From a virus (Duplodnaviria > Caudoviricetes), in IMG/VR virus record IMGVR_UViG_3300046714_000572, positions 1 through 54,698 of that record: a stretch of DNA of 54,698 bases; one strand, given 5' to 3'. The first letter of the stretch is position 1; every line of letters starts with the position of its first letter. The position numbers were made by a program, and so were the translations under genes. This document shows, one piece after another, positions 35,204 to 45,448 of the stretch. Below the pieces are notes generated by a model that was not told the origin of the DNA, ran no database searches, and saw only the letters and a list, made by a program, of their open reading frames with translations.

Positions 35204-36339
35204 TGGCTCTCCGCTGGCTCGAGGCGGGTCAGGCCTGCCAGAACACCACGATCTTCTCCCGGCTCTACCCGACGCAGTCGGGGACTGTCGGCACCACCTA
35301 CACCGACGAGTTCGGTCGAACGGTGTTCGACTCGGCCTCCCTCCTGCTCCGCACCCCGGCGCTGGTCGGGTCGCCGAACAACACGTGGGTCATCGGCTTC
35401 GGCTTCCAGCTCACGCAGGACAGCACGCTGGACTCCTCGCCGTCGGCGTCGCCCTACATGTCGCTGCGCATCGCGGGCGGCGAGCAGCTCCGCATCGAGG
35501 CGATCGACGCCAGCGACTCTGGCAAGCCGGGCGGCAACTACTACAAGCTGCGCGTGATGCGCGGCGCGACCCTGCTCGCCACCACGAACGAGCGCTTCAA
35601 TGGCCTGACCGGCGCGCTGAACCTGTACCGCACGTACTTCCAGTTCAAGGCGGTGGTGCGCACCTCCACGAACGGCTCCTTCGAGCTGAAGTACCGCACT
35701 CGCAGGGGCACGACGCAGACCGCCACCTGGACGGCCGCCAACACCGGGATCAACACCGCGAACCAGGGCTCGGACGGCGCCGACCGCGCGGAATTCTCGT
35801 GGACGACGGGCGGCTCCGACACGCTGTCGCTCACGGACATCTACGTGCTCGACAGCACCGGCTCGGTCAACAACGACTACCTCGGCGTCCTCTACATGGA
35901 GGCCATGAAGCCGGACGGGACCGGGACCACGATGAACTGGACCCTCGCGGGCGGGGCCAGCGACATCGAGGACGCGCTCGACGAGGCCGCCGGCACGCAG
36001 AGCGGCACCGAGGACGACAAGCGCCTCACGTCCAGCACGGTCGGCCAGATCGCGCTCGCGACGATGTCGAACCTCTCCGGGAAGTTCGGAACGACGCCGA
36101 TCGTCGGGGTGCAGGTCAGAATGTACGGCAAGATGGACAGCACCGGCACGCGCGACGTGCAGTTCTTCTACCGCAAGACGACCGGCTCGCCCGCGCAGAC
36201 GAACGGCGGCACGCTGACGATGAACTCGACGGCGTTCGTGGGCCAGGCCGACACGACCGAACTCGACCCCAACACGAGCGCCGCCTGGGTGCTCGCCGAC
36301 ATCCAGGCCGAGCAGCTCGGCTGCAAGCTGAACGCCTGA
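35203..36339 (+). CDS. tail-associated beta-sandwich protein, paralog 2
   Basis: GGAGG RBS; shares WLE, TW.IGFG, VMRGAT.LA, NTAN.GS..AD, NNDYLG with paralog 1. Confidence 0.75.
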   Translation: MALRWLEAGQACQNTTIFSRLYPTQSGTVGTTYTDEFGRTVFDSASLLLRTPALVGSPNNTWVIGFGFQLTQDSTLDSSPSASPYMSLRIAGGEQLRIEAIDASDSGKPGGNYYKLRVMRGATLLATTNERFNGLTGALNLYRTYFQFKAVVRTSTNGSFELKYRTRRGTTQTATWTAANTGINTANQGSDGADRAEFSWTTGGSDTLSLTDIYVLDSTGSVNNDYLGVLYMEAMKPDGTGTTMNWTLAGGASDIEDALDEAAGTQSGTEDDKRLTSSTVGQIALATMSNLSGKFGTTPIVGVQVRMYGKMDSTGTRDVQFFYRKTTGSPAQTNGGTLTMNSTAFVGQADTTELDPNTSAAWVLADIQAEQLGCKLNA

Positions 36340-36357
36340 TCGGAGCCCGGAGGCACA

Positions 36358-36750
36358 GTGGTCGCAGTACGGATCTCGCGCGAGGTGGTGGAGGTCGGGG
36401 CGCTCGCCCCGGCGGTCGCCGACGTCGGCAGGATCGACGCCGAGGTCGCGACCCCTCTCCAGGACACCACCACCGGCAGGACCGAGGTCAGCCGCATGGT
36501 CGTCGAGGTCTGCGGCCGGAACCCCGGCACGGCCCGCGTGACCCGGCTCGACGCGGAGGTCGCTACGCCGCTCCAGGCCACGACCACAGGTCGCGCGGAG
36601 GTCAGCAGGCTCTCGATGGAGGTCGGCGCCCGCAACCTGAAGACCGCCGCCATGAGCCGCCTCGACGCCGAGGTCGCCACCCCCCTCCAGGCCGCCACCA
36701 CAGGGCGCGTGCGCGTCAGCCGGCTCGTCGGCGAGGTCACCGCCCACCGC
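36358..36750 (+). repeat. three ~38-aa coding repeats with alternating SRxxxEV and R(L/I)DAEV strands
   Basis: ATPLQxxTTGR occurs three times in the translation. Confidence 0.85.
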
Positions 36751-38037
36751 GGCTCGAGCGGCCCCGTCGAGCCCCTGGCGGTCCCCGCCGGCTGGGAGCT
36801 GTTCCTGCACGACTGGGCCGACGACGCCGTGCTGCGCAGCTCGTACTCGACGGACGTCTCCAGCGCGCCGGCCACCGGCGCCGAGTCCCGCCGCGGACTG
36901 GTCTCCAAGCCCGACCGCACCATCAGCCTGCGCTGGCACCTCCACGCCGACGACGACGCCCAGCGCGCCAGGATCGACCGCCTGCTGGTGATGCTGCGGA
37001 AGATCACCGACGAGCGCGGCCCGATCCCGCTGTACATGGACCAGAAGGAGATCCCGCTCAGCTACCTGACGAGCGACGACACGGTCTTCTTCGACACGTC
37101 GAAGGGTCGCTACTTCATCGGCGGGCGCGTCGCGATCGTGCAGATGGACTACCGCGGCGTCTACGCCTCGCACACGTTCCACCTCATCAGCACGGTGCAG
37201 GACGATCGCCTGGTCTTCACGACCACGCTCGGAGTCGCGGTGCCGGCCGGCTCCATCATCATCCCGATGATGGACTGCGAGGTCACGCTCGAGGCGACGT
37301 CGAAGAGCCCGACGGCGCGCAACATGTCGGTGCAGATCGAGATGTCCGAGGTCGCCGGGCCGTCGCAGCTCCCGCCGGTCAAGACGGACTTCCCGACCAA
37401 CGCGCAGAGCCACGCCGACGCGCCCATCTTCGACTTCCAGCCCGACTGGCTCGAGGGCATCGAGAAGGGCCGCAACCGTCAGGGTCAATCGTACAAGCAG
37501 GGGCGCGCGAACCGCGTGTACAAGGCCGCCGCGCGCTCGCGCGAGACGCACAAGCTGAAGCTGACTGGACTGCGCGGCGACTGCGCCGACAGGCCGCTCG
37601 AGGACATCTGGCGCGTCGTGGAGTTCTGGGACACCCGTCGCGGGCGCCTGCGCTCCTTCTGGCTCGTCGACCAGGAGCAGGTCTGGGAGATGGAGTCGAT
37701 CGACGCGAGCGGGAACTTCCTCGGCATCAGCGAGTTCGGCGACTTCGCGGACTTCCAGGCCGAGCTTCAGGGCGGCTGGATCGGCCTGGTGATGGACGAC
37801 GGCACGGTCTACGTGCGCGACGCCGTCACGGTGCAGCAGGTGCTGACCGTCTACCGCGTTACGCTCAGTCCGGTCCTCCCGCCGAACCTCGACTTCCGCC
37901 GCGTCGTGCGCGTGGCCCGAGCCCGCCGCACCCGCTTCCTCAGCGACGAGCTGGAGGAGCGCTGGTCCAACGCGGGATTCCTCAGTGTAACCCTTGACTT
38001 CCTCGAGGTCCTCGAGGAGAAGAACGTGTCGACCTAG
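36358..38037 (+). CDS. distal tail-like protein with N-terminal repeats
   Basis: GAESRRGL..KP.R and RGRLRSFW patterns; precedes the hub/NlpC/tip trio. Confidence 0.65.
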   Translation: MVAVRISREVVEVGALAPAVADVGRIDAEVATPLQDTTTGRTEVSRMVVEVCGRNPGTARVTRLDAEVATPLQATTTGRAEVSRLSMEVGARNLKTAAMSRLDAEVATPLQAATTGRVRVSRLVGEVTAHRGSSGPVEPLAVPAGWELFLHDWADDAVLRSSYSTDVSSAPATGAESRRGLVSKPDRTISLRWHLHADDDAQRARIDRLLVMLRKITDERGPIPLYMDQKEIPLSYLTSDDTVFFDTSKGRYFIGGRVAIVQMDYRGVYASHTFHLISTVQDDRLVFTTTLGVAVPAGSIIIPMMDCEVTLEATSKSPTARNMSVQIEMSEVAGPSQLPPVKTDFPTNAQSHADAPIFDFQPDWLEGIEKGRNRQGQSYKQGRANRVYKAAARSRETHKLKLTGLRGDCADRPLEDIWRVVEFWDTRRGRLRSFWLVDQEQVWEMESIDASGNFLGISEFGDFADFQAELQGGWIGLVMDDGTVYVRDAVTVQQVLTVYRVTLSPVLPPNLDFRRVVRVARARRTRFLSDELEERWSNAGFLSVTLDFLEVLEEKNVST

Positions 38038-38045
38038 GAGGCAAC

Positions 38046-38894
38046 TTGGTCAACGCCAGCGAGAGCCCGGAAAAATCAAGTCACCTCCTGGTGACCATCA
38101 AGCACGGAGACCCGATCTCTCCGACCTTCGAGCGCTACACCGACTTCGACAGCGACGTCGAGGGGTTCGCGAGCACCCCGGCGATGGAGGTCGAGATTCC
38201 GGACAACTCGGGGACCTTCGACCAGCAGGAGGCCCGAATCATCCTGCCGATCGACACCTTCACGACGATCCTCTCGAGCGGCCTGCCGCACTCGCCGATG
38301 TTCGTGACGATCGACGAGGTCACGCAGGCGACGTTCATCGGCCAGACCGGCGGCCGGCGCACGGTCTATCGCGGTCGCGTGAAGCGGTCGCTGCGCAACT
38401 ACCAGGGGCGCAACGACTCCGTCGCGCTCTTCTGCCTCTCGATCAAGTCTCGCCTCGACGTCCCGATGGGGCTCCAGTGCAATCACCACTGCTTCGCGCG
38501 CCTGTTCGGTCCGCTGTGCCAGCTCGACCAGAGCGCGTTCCAGCAGCAGGGTCAGATCACGGCGATGGACGGCAAGGAGGTCACCGTCTCCGGGATCGGC
38601 GTGGAGATCACCCCGGGCGGGCGCAACGACCGCCTCTGGGAGCGCGGCTACCTCGAGAAGGACGGCCTGAAGATCGGCGTGCACATCTGGTCCGACGCCG
38701 ACCCGACCGTGTTCGTGCTGCGCCGCCGACCGCCCGACAGTTGGCTGCTCGCGGGCGCCGGCTCGATCAACTTCGTGCCGGGCTGCCACAAGACGATCCA
38801 GGACTGCCGCGAGGTCTGGGACAACGAGCAGCACTTCGCAGGCTACGGCTTCGCGATGCTCCCGTACAATCCCCTGTTCGAGAATCCGCAGTGA
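38046..38894 (+). CDS. tail hub protein (DUF2163/BR0599-like)
   Basis: C...LFG..C and PGC.KT..DC....DN..HF.G cysteine motif. Confidence 0.85.
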   Translation: MVNASESPEKSSHLLVTIKHGDPISPTFERYTDFDSDVEGFASTPAMEVEIPDNSGTFDQQEARIILPIDTFTTILSSGLPHSPMFVTIDEVTQATFIGQTGGRRTVYRGRVKRSLRNYQGRNDSVALFCLSIKSRLDVPMGLQCNHHCFARLFGPLCQLDQSAFQQQGQITAMDGKEVTVSGIGVEITPGGRNDRLWERGYLEKDGLKIGVHIWSDADPTVFVLRRRPPDSWLLAGAGSINFVPGCHKTIQDCREVWDNEQHFAGYGFAMLPYNPLFENPQ

Positions 38895-38908
38895 GGACCC
38901 ACACGATC

Positions 38909-39406
38909 ATGGCGGCGACGTGGGAGCCCCTCCCGCCGGAGTTGCGCGCGGCGCAGGACCTCCTCGAGGCCGTCTGCGAGTCCTGGCGCGAGACCCCCTA
39001 CCGGAGCGGCGGATCGCTCCGCGGCGTCGAGGCCGACTGCCTCGGCTCCGTGTTCGGCGTGCTCGACGAGATGGACGGTCGCGGGCGACGCCGCGACTCC
39101 GACATGCCGCACGACACCTCCTTCCACAACCCGGCCGCGGCGTACCGCGCCCTGGTGCGCCTGCGCCGGCTCTACGCGCCCGTTCGTCGCCTGCGCGCCG
39201 CCGCGTATCAGCCGGGCGACGTCCTCGTCGTCGGCACCGGCGCCGGGGGTCCCGGGCACGTCATGCTCGTCGGCGCGCGCGAGAACAACGTGTGGCACAG
39301 CACCGCGGCCTCGGGCTGGGCGCAGTGCGGCTGGGCGCTCGGCCAGGGCTTCGAACGCCTCTTCGGCGCGTACCGCCTCGACGACAGGCACAGGTGGCTC
39401 CGATGA
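38909..39406 (+). CDS. NlpC/P60 tail-tip peptidase
   Basis: W.ETPY..GG...GVEADC.G, PGD, GHVML. Confidence 0.85.
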   Translation: MAATWEPLPPELRAAQDLLEAVCESWRETPYRSGGSLRGVEADCLGSVFGVLDEMDGRGRRRDSDMPHDTSFHNPAAAYRALVRLRRLYAPVRRLRAAAYQPGDVLVVGTGAGGPGHVMLVGARENNVWHSTAASGWAQCGWALGQGFERLFGAYRLDDRHRWLR

Positions 39407-42159
39407 TGACCAACGTACTCGGCTGCCCCGTCCGCCGCCCGGACCACTCGAGCCCGCGCTGCGGCGAGGCCTCGATCGCGATCTTCCTGATCGGAGTCGC
39501 GCTGTCGGTCCTCGCCGGCATGCTGCTGAAGCCCAAGAGCAAGTCGCCCGTCCAGGACGACAAGCCCACCACGCTGACGATCCGCGGGTCCTACATGGCC
39601 TGGCTCGTGGGCATCCGCGAGGTCGGCCCGGTCTTCGCGTGGGCCGGCGACCGCGAGCTGCGCTCCGAGCGCTCCGGCGGCGGGAAGGGCACGCCCGCGC
39701 CGCGCACCGACGTCTGGTACGAGGCCGGCTGGCACCAGGTCGCCACGGGCACCTGCGACGCGCTGCACACGATCCGCGAGGGCGGCAAGATCATCTTCAA
39801 GGGGCCGATCACGCGCGTCTCGCACCCCAGCGGCTCGACGATCCAGCTCAGCACGAACGAGTCTTTCACGATCTACTGGGGCGAGCCGAACCAGCCCGTC
39901 AACACGTTCCTCGGCGACGCCGACCGCGTGGGCATCAGCTCGCGCTGGCCCTACTGCTGCTACGTCGTGTGGAACAAGAAGCGTCTCGGCTCGAGTCCGA
40001 ACTGGGGCCTCATCAACTACGAGATGGAGCGCCGGCCCTCGAACTCCGTGCTGACGCAATCGGACGCATGGTACGACCCGACCGCCACGCTCGACGGTCC
40101 GACGCTCACGCTGACCGGCTCGCTGTCGAGCAGCCTGCCCGACGTCGGCTACCTGGAGGTCGCGGGCGACTACTCGCGCGACGTCGAGCCCGGCCTGCCG
40201 ATCCGCCTGACCGGCAACGGCCTGCCGAACGGGGACTACATCGTGCGCCGCGCGACGACCCTGCTCGTCGTCACGGGGACCAATCCGATCACCGGACTGC
40301 CGATCTACGCCACGCGCACGCGCATCTTCCTCGAGACCGGCACCCTCGGAGCGAACAGCTCCGGCACGCTCCAGCTCTACAGCTTCTCGACCGACGACGG
40401 CGTCAACATCGCGCACGCGACGGCCGAGCTGCTCTACGCCGACTACCCGATGGGCCTCCAGCTCGACCCGAACGGCCCGGAGTCCTGGGACCTCGAGTCC
40501 CTCGAGGCCCTCGGCGTCGAGGCGGAGACCGACGCCTGGCGCTCGTCGCTCGTCGCGGTCGACGGCGAGGAGGCGAAGGCGCTGCTCGCGGCCGTCATGC
40601 AGGACCACGGTACGCTGCTGCCGTTCGACACCACGAGCGGCAACCTGACCTTCCGTCGCTGTCGCGCGCCCGTCGGTACGCTGCCGAACCTGACGACCGA
40701 CCTCGAGGCCGACAGCCTGCCCGAGGTCGAGTCGATGCACGACGAGAAGCGCGTGGACAAGATGGTCTTCGCCTTCACCGACCGCGACCACAGCTACGCC
40801 GACATGACCATCGCGGTCGACGACGACAGCCAGATGGCCTACCTCGAGTACGCCAAGGCGAAGAAGATCCCGATCTCGACTACTACCAACTTCGCCACGG
40901 CCGCCAAGCTCACCGAGCTGCGCTCGCAGGAGGAGCTGGCCGGCGCCGGCGTCATCACGATGAAGGCCAACCGCGAGGCCCGCGACCTCATCCCCGGCGA
41001 CGACATCGTGTCGGCTAGCTTCGACGAGGTGCTGCGCGTGCTCGAGCTGGCATGGGATCCGCTCTCGGAGACCGTCGTGCTCAAGGTCACGCCGGACTTC
41101 TACGGCGCGCGGAAGTCCGACTTCGTGAACCAGCCTGGCGGCGGCACCCCGAACACGCAGGACGCCGAGCAGGATCTCCAGTTCCGGTTCGTCGAGCTGC
41201 CCGAACAGCTCCTGAGCACCGAGGAGATGTTCATCGTCACGCCGCGGATCCGCGCCCACGCGCAGATCATCGAGGCCGCGATCCACCTCTCGCGCGACAA
41301 CATCAGCTACACGCCGATCGGAGTCGAGACCGGCGTTGCCACGGGCGGCCTGACCGACGTCGTGATGTCGGCCAGCGGCAAGAACTACCTGGCGCTCGGA
41401 CCGACGTTCACGCTGCGCGGCCCGGACGTCGCGACGGCGATCGACCTGTCGGCGGACCCGACGAACTTCGGCCTCGGCCGCCAGGTCGTCGCGATCGTGT
41501 CCCTGGCGGGCGTCGAGGTCTGCTACGTGCAGAAGATCACGGCGGTTAGCGGGTCGCAGTACCGGCTCGACGGCCTCCTGCGGGCACGCTACGACACCCG
41601 CAAGCTCGCGCACCCGGTGGGCGCGGAGGTCTACGTCTTCCAGGACACCACGTTCTCGCCCTTCGACGACATCCTCCTCGTCCCCGACGAGGACCTGTAC
41701 ATGAAGAGCCAGCCGTCCACCTCGGGCGGCATCGTGGCGCTCGACTCGATCCCTCCGGCCTCGGATCACCTACGCGGCAAGGGCCTCGTCCCGATCGACC
41801 CAGAGAATCCCTACGTCTCCGCGCCGCACAAGGGCTCGCCGACGTACCAGACTGGCGACGACGTCACGGTGAAGTGGAACTGGTCCACGTCCTCGTCGTC
41901 GAACACCGGCGCCGGCTTCCAGAACGCCGGCAAGCCGACGAGCGCGCCCACCATCAAGGGGGCGTTCATCGTCGAGCTGCTCACCCCGCTGGACGTCGTG
42001 GTGAGCACGCAGACGCTCACCGCAGCTCAGGTCACGTACCCTACGGCCGCGCTCGCCGCGGCCCCGATCAGCAACGGTAACTTCAAGGTCAGGATCACGC
42101 ACACCAACAACGGCTACTCTTCTGAGCCGGTGGTCCTGACCGTCACTCACGTCACGTAG
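39403..42159 (+). CDS. central tail tip/host specificity protein
   Basis: 918 aa after hub and NlpC genes; PGD.I, L.GLLRARYDT...AH..GA patterns. Confidence 0.8.
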   Translation: MMTNVLGCPVRRPDHSSPRCGEASIAIFLIGVALSVLAGMLLKPKSKSPVQDDKPTTLTIRGSYMAWLVGIREVGPVFAWAGDRELRSERSGGGKGTPAPRTDVWYEAGWHQVATGTCDALHTIREGGKIIFKGPITRVSHPSGSTIQLSTNESFTIYWGEPNQPVNTFLGDADRVGISSRWPYCCYVVWNKKRLGSSPNWGLINYEMERRPSNSVLTQSDAWYDPTATLDGPTLTLTGSLSSSLPDVGYLEVAGDYSRDVEPGLPIRLTGNGLPNGDYIVRRATTLLVVTGTNPITGLPIYATRTRIFLETGTLGANSSGTLQLYSFSTDDGVNIAHATAELLYADYPMGLQLDPNGPESWDLESLEALGVEAETDAWRSSLVAVDGEEAKALLAAVMQDHGTLLPFDTTSGNLTFRRCRAPVGTLPNLTTDLEADSLPEVESMHDEKRVDKMVFAFTDRDHSYADMTIAVDDDSQMAYLEYAKAKKIPISTTTNFATAAKLTELRSQEELAGAGVITMKANREARDLIPGDDIVSASFDEVLRVLELAWDPLSETVVLKVTPDFYGARKSDFVNQPGGGTPNTQDAEQDLQFRFVELPEQLLSTEEMFIVTPRIRAHAQIIEAAIHLSRDNISYTPIGVETGVATGGLTDVVMSASGKNYLALGPTFTLRGPDVATAIDLSADPTNFGLGRQVVAIVSLAGVEVCYVQKITAVSGSQYRLDGLLRARYDTRKLAHPVGAEVYVFQDTTFSPFDDILLVPDEDLYMKSQPSTSGGIVALDSIPPASDHLRGKGLVPIDPENPYVSAPHKGSPTYQTGDDVTVKWNWSTSSSSNTGAGFQNAGKPTSAPTIKGAFIVELLTPLDVVVSTQTLTAAQVTYPTAALAAAPISNGNFKVRITHTNNGYSSEPVVLTVTHVT

Positions 42160-42167
42160 GAGGCAAC

Positions 42168-42698
42168 ATGGCACGACCGACAATCACCCCGATCAACGCC
42201 GGCAACCAGGGCTGGGACGGCGTCATCGACGACGACTTCGACGTCCTGGCGAACGCGCCGATCCCCGTCTACGAGTCCGCCGCGCTCACCGAGGCGAACG
42301 TCGCCTCGACGTTCCCGCCGGCCAGCTACGACCGCTGCATGGTGTGGGTCAACCACACGACGCTCGGCTACACGCTGTACCGCTCGGACGGCACGAACTG
42401 GGCGCCGTTCGACGCGCAGCGCCGCGTGTCGCGCAACATCACCGGCGCGACGACGATCACGCTGGCCGAACAGGCCGCGCTCATCACGGCCAGCGGCACG
42501 CTGCCCTACTCGATCACGCTCGAGGCGGCCAGCCTCTTCCAGGGCCGCACGCTCATCTTCAAGACGCTCGTCGCCGGCACGCTGACCATCGCTCGCGCTG
42601 GAGGGGACACGATCGACGGCGCGACGACCCAGACGATCACGACCCAGTTCGGCGTGCTGAGGATCTACTGCAACGGCAGCACCTACTACGTCATCTGA
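42168..42698 (+). CDS. small tail fibre-type protein
   Basis: AGGAGG RBS; YRSDGTNW, TITL, GGDTIDG motifs. Confidence 0.7.
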   Translation: MARPTITPINAGNQGWDGVIDDDFDVLANAPIPVYESAALTEANVASTFPPASYDRCMVWVNHTTLGYTLYRSDGTNWAPFDAQRRVSRNITGATTITLAEQAALITASGTLPYSITLEAASLFQGRTLIFKTLVAGTLTIARAGGDTIDGATTQTITTQFGVLRIYCNGSTYYVI

Positions 42699-42808
42699 TC
42701 CAAGTGCAAGGGCGGCCTTCCAGCCGCCTGTCTGCCGCGGGCCTCGGGGGAATGCCTCCTCCTCCGGGGCCTGCACCTTCATCTGAGGGGCTTTCTGGAG
42801 ATTACCGC

Positions 42809-43105
42809 ATGGACACAAATCCGCTGGGCGCAATGTACACGCGCTACGACGCCCAAGTCATCGAGACCGAGGGCCACGCTGGCGACCCGACCTGGGCGCA
42901 GCGCCACGAGGACGAAGTCGTGGGCCGCTTCAAGGCGGTTCAGCCGGACCCCGCCAACCTGAACGAGATCAGCTCGAACTGGAACAGCGCGGACGGCCCC
43001 GAGGCGTTCGACTGCACGAAGACGAACGCGATGGACCAGATCCAGTGGGAGCGGCGCTGGGTGCGCCAGTTCCGTGCCATGAGCACGTCGTTCCCGCCGG
43101 TCTGA
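42809..43105 (+). CDS. hypothetical protein (MDTNPLGAM...)
   Basis: GGAG RBS; GC3-rich codons. Confidence 0.65.
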   Translation: MDTNPLGAMYTRYDAQVIETEGHAGDPTWAQRHEDEVVGRFKAVQPDPANLNEISSNWNSADGPEAFDCTKTNAMDQIQWERRWVRQFRAMSTSFPPV

Positions 43106-43115
43106 TCGGCTAGAA

Positions 43116-43139
43116 CCCGGGGGGCTGCACCCCTCCGGG
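43116..43139. terminator. hairpin between convergent late operons
   Basis: CCCGGGGGG-CTGCA-CCCCTCCGGG. Confidence 0.6.
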
Positions 43140-43140
43140 C

Positions 43141-43605
43141 TCAGTTCGTGCTCGGCCCCGTCGGCGGCGGGATCATCTCGGGCGGCGGCTCGACGACAGG
43201 CTGCGCTCCTCGGAACGGCAGCGTCGCACGGTAGGCGGTCGAGAACGCCACGCCCCAGATGTCGTCGTGGGAGTTGATCTGGCTCGCGCCCCACACCATG
43301 CAGTGAGCCCACTCGTGGATGAGCGTGTCGAGGATCCCGCTCATCGACTGCCGGGCCTCGATCTGGACGTCGTAGCCGTCCTGGGCCTTGCGAGTCAGCC
43401 CGAGGTACGGACCCTCGATGATGCAGAGTCGGATGTGGACAGAGCCGTTGACCGGCGCGTTCTGGGCGAGGCCTTCGACGCAGCGGACGAAGAGCGCCTG
43501 ATCGAAGCCGTCGGAGAACTGCTCCACGATCACCGCGGGGCGCGGGTAGAACAGCGCGCACGACGGCGCGAGGGCGAGGCAGGCCAGCAGCAGCAACTTC
43601 TTCAA
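43141..43605 (-). CDS. lipoprotein zinc metallopeptidase (SprT-like HExxH)
   Basis: TTG start with AGGAG; MKKLLLLACLALAPSC signal/lipobox; DTLIHEWAH...HDDIW. Confidence 0.75.
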   Translation of the reverse strand: MKKLLLLACLALAPSCALFYPRPAVIVEQFSDGFDQALFVRCVEGLAQNAPVNGSVHIRLCIIEGPYLGLTRKAQDGYDVQIEARQSMSGILDTLIHEWAHCMVWGASQINSHDDIWGVAFSTAYRATLPFRGAQPVVEPPPEMIPPPTGPSTN

Positions 43606-43793
43606 GGGGTCTTCTCCTGTGCCCGCTGCGCGCGGGCTCGAGCGCCGTCTCCCTTCGAGACGACTGGGGTGAGTAGCGTCTCGAGGCAGAACACGAGCCG
43701 GCACTTGTCGCAGTAGCCGCGCTGGAACTTCTGGTCCTTGAGGCCGTACGTGTGGGTGACGCGGATCGTTCCGCCGCAGCTCTTGTGCTTCAT
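43602..43793 (-). CDS. zinc-ribbon protein (Ogr/Delta-like), candidate late regulator
   Basis: HKSC...CDKC..VF; GGAGG RBS; coupled to terL stop. Confidence 0.6.
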   Translation of the reverse strand: MKHKSCGGTIRVTHTYGLKDQKFQRGYCDKCRLVFCLETLLTPVVSKGDGARARAQRAQEKTP

Positions 43794-45268
43794 CTGCTCC
43801 TCCGCACCTTCGAGCCCAGCTTGTAGGGCCGCCGGTTCATCCCGGCGATCTTGCCCTCGCGGCCGATGCGGCTGTAGAAGGACATGACGACCGCGTCGGC
43901 GCGGTCGGGCGACTCGTCGATCTCGGTGCGGTCGCGCCACTCGTCCTTCGTCTCGACCTTCAGCCTGCCCTTGCGGTCGGTGTAGTACTGGCGCGTCGAG
44001 AGCTGCTTGATGAGGCGCGGGTCGTTCGGGATGTGGACGATGTGCTCGACGACGAGGTTCCTGAAGTTCCACCACGCCTCGCTGTAGGCGTCGGCGTACA
44101 TCGAGCTGTCGCCCGCGACGCCCTGCGTGTGGAACTCGAACACCTGCTTGCCGCCCTCGTGGAACGAGTGCACGATGCCCTGGCCCATGCCGCCCGCGTC
44201 GGGGATGTACCAGCAGTCCTCGTTCTTCCAGCCCGCGTCGTACTGGAGGCGGAAGGCGTAGTCGGTCACCTCGCGCGGGTCGCACTTCACGAACACCTTG
44301 TAGTCGACGACCGCGAGGCCGCTGCGCCGCACGACGACCGACTCGTCGCTGCCGTAGCGCGCGTAGTCGATGCCGAACGCGCGGCTGATCGGCAGGATGT
44401 CCGTGATCGTCGCGCACCCGAACATCTGAGTCTTCGTGCACGCGATCAGGTCATCGATCGCCATCAGCGCGTTCGGGTCGCTGCGCGGGAACTCCCCGAG
44501 CACGCGCACGCGATATACGTCGCTGTCGCGGCCGTACTCCAGCTCGAGCGCCTTGTTGCGGCTGGGGTGCACGATGTGCGGGTAGTCGCGCGCGGTGTCC
44601 TCGGCGTTCCAGCCGAGCGTGTGCCACTGGTCCGCCTGCGTGGTGAAGAACTCGTGGAAGCCGCAGTCGGTGGTGTTCGGGTTGCCGATCGCGAGGAAGA
44701 GCGCGTCGGGGTTCGACAGCGTGCCCTTGATCGTCTCGATGATCGGCCGCGCGACGCCGGACGCCTCGTCGGCGATGAACGTCAGGCGCTTCTCGTGGAT
44801 CCCCTGGAGGTTCTGCGGGCGCGAGGCCGTCGCGGAGCGGATCCCCCAGATCGGGTTCTTGTTGATCTCCATCTTGGTGCCGTAGCACTCGACGAAGCCC
44901 TGGAGGAACGGGTGCGCGTCCTTCATTATGCGCCGCCCCTCGTCGATGAACTGCTTGCACTGCCGCATGTTCGGCGCCGTGACCACGCAGAGCGCGTCCG
45001 GGTAGCGGATGCAGCGCCACATCGCGACCGCGAAGCTGATCGCGGTCTTCCCCGGCCCCTGCCCCGAGCGCACGGCGATGCGCTTGCGCCGCTTGCCGAC
45101 CGGGAGCTGCGACTCGAGCTGCACGACGTCGAGGAGCTGCTTCTGCTGCCACGTCGGGCCGGTCCCGGGGTACTCCTGCCCGAAGTTGAGGCCCTCCTGG
45201 ACGAAGAAGTTGATGTCCTCGCGCCAGCGCTCGTACAGCGGCGTGAACTTTCGCTCGAACGCGGTCAT
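43790..45268 (-). CDS. terL: terminase large subunit
   Basis: Walker A SGQGPGKT, Walker B FIADEASG, IGNP, nuclease GIDYARYGSD and SPDRADA. Confidence 0.95.
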   Translation of the reverse strand: MTAFERKFTPLYERWREDINFFVQEGLNFGQEYPGTGPTWQQKQLLDVVQLESQLPVGKRRKRIAVRSGQGPGKTAISFAVAMWRCIRYPDALCVVTAPNMRQCKQFIDEGRRIMKDAHPFLQGFVECYGTKMEINKNPIWGIRSATASRPQNLQGIHEKRLTFIADEASGVARPIIETIKGTLSNPDALFLAIGNPNTTDCGFHEFFTTQADQWHTLGWNAEDTARDYPHIVHPSRNKALELEYGRDSDVYRVRVLGEFPRSDPNALMAIDDLIACTKTQMFGCATITDILPISRAFGIDYARYGSDESVVVRRSGLAVVDYKVFVKCDPREVTDYAFRLQYDAGWKNEDCWYIPDAGGMGQGIVHSFHEGGKQVFEFHTQGVAGDSSMYADAYSEAWWNFRNLVVEHIVHIPNDPRLIKQLSTRQYYTDRKGRLKVETKDEWRDRTEIDESPDRADAVVMSFYSRIGREGKIAGMNRRPYKLGSKVRRSR

Positions 45269-45441
45269 TTTCCCTGGCCGACGACCCGATCGACGCGATC
45301 GGCCATCAGCGAGGCGACTTCCGCGTGTCCGCGGGCCTCGGACGCGGATTTTTGGCTCTTCAGGGCCAGAATCGCGGCGACGACGGCCGCCAAGATGGCC
45401 GGAATGTTCACGAGGAGCGCGATCAGGACGTTTTCGTTCAT
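45265..45441 (-). CDS. 58-aa single-TM membrane protein (MNENVLIALLVNIPAILAAVVAAILAL...)
   Basis: Read from sequence; ATGA overlap with the terL start. Confidence 0.6.
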   Translation of the reverse strand: MNENVLIALLVNIPAILAAVVAAILALKSQKSASEARGHAEVASLMADRVDRVVGQGK

Positions 45442-45448
45442 TGTTTGA

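Noticed and set aside
42700-42800. Hairpins between the tail fibre gene and 42809 as a riboswitch
   Set aside because: GC-rich stems without any recognisable aptamer consensus; likely terminator or stability elements
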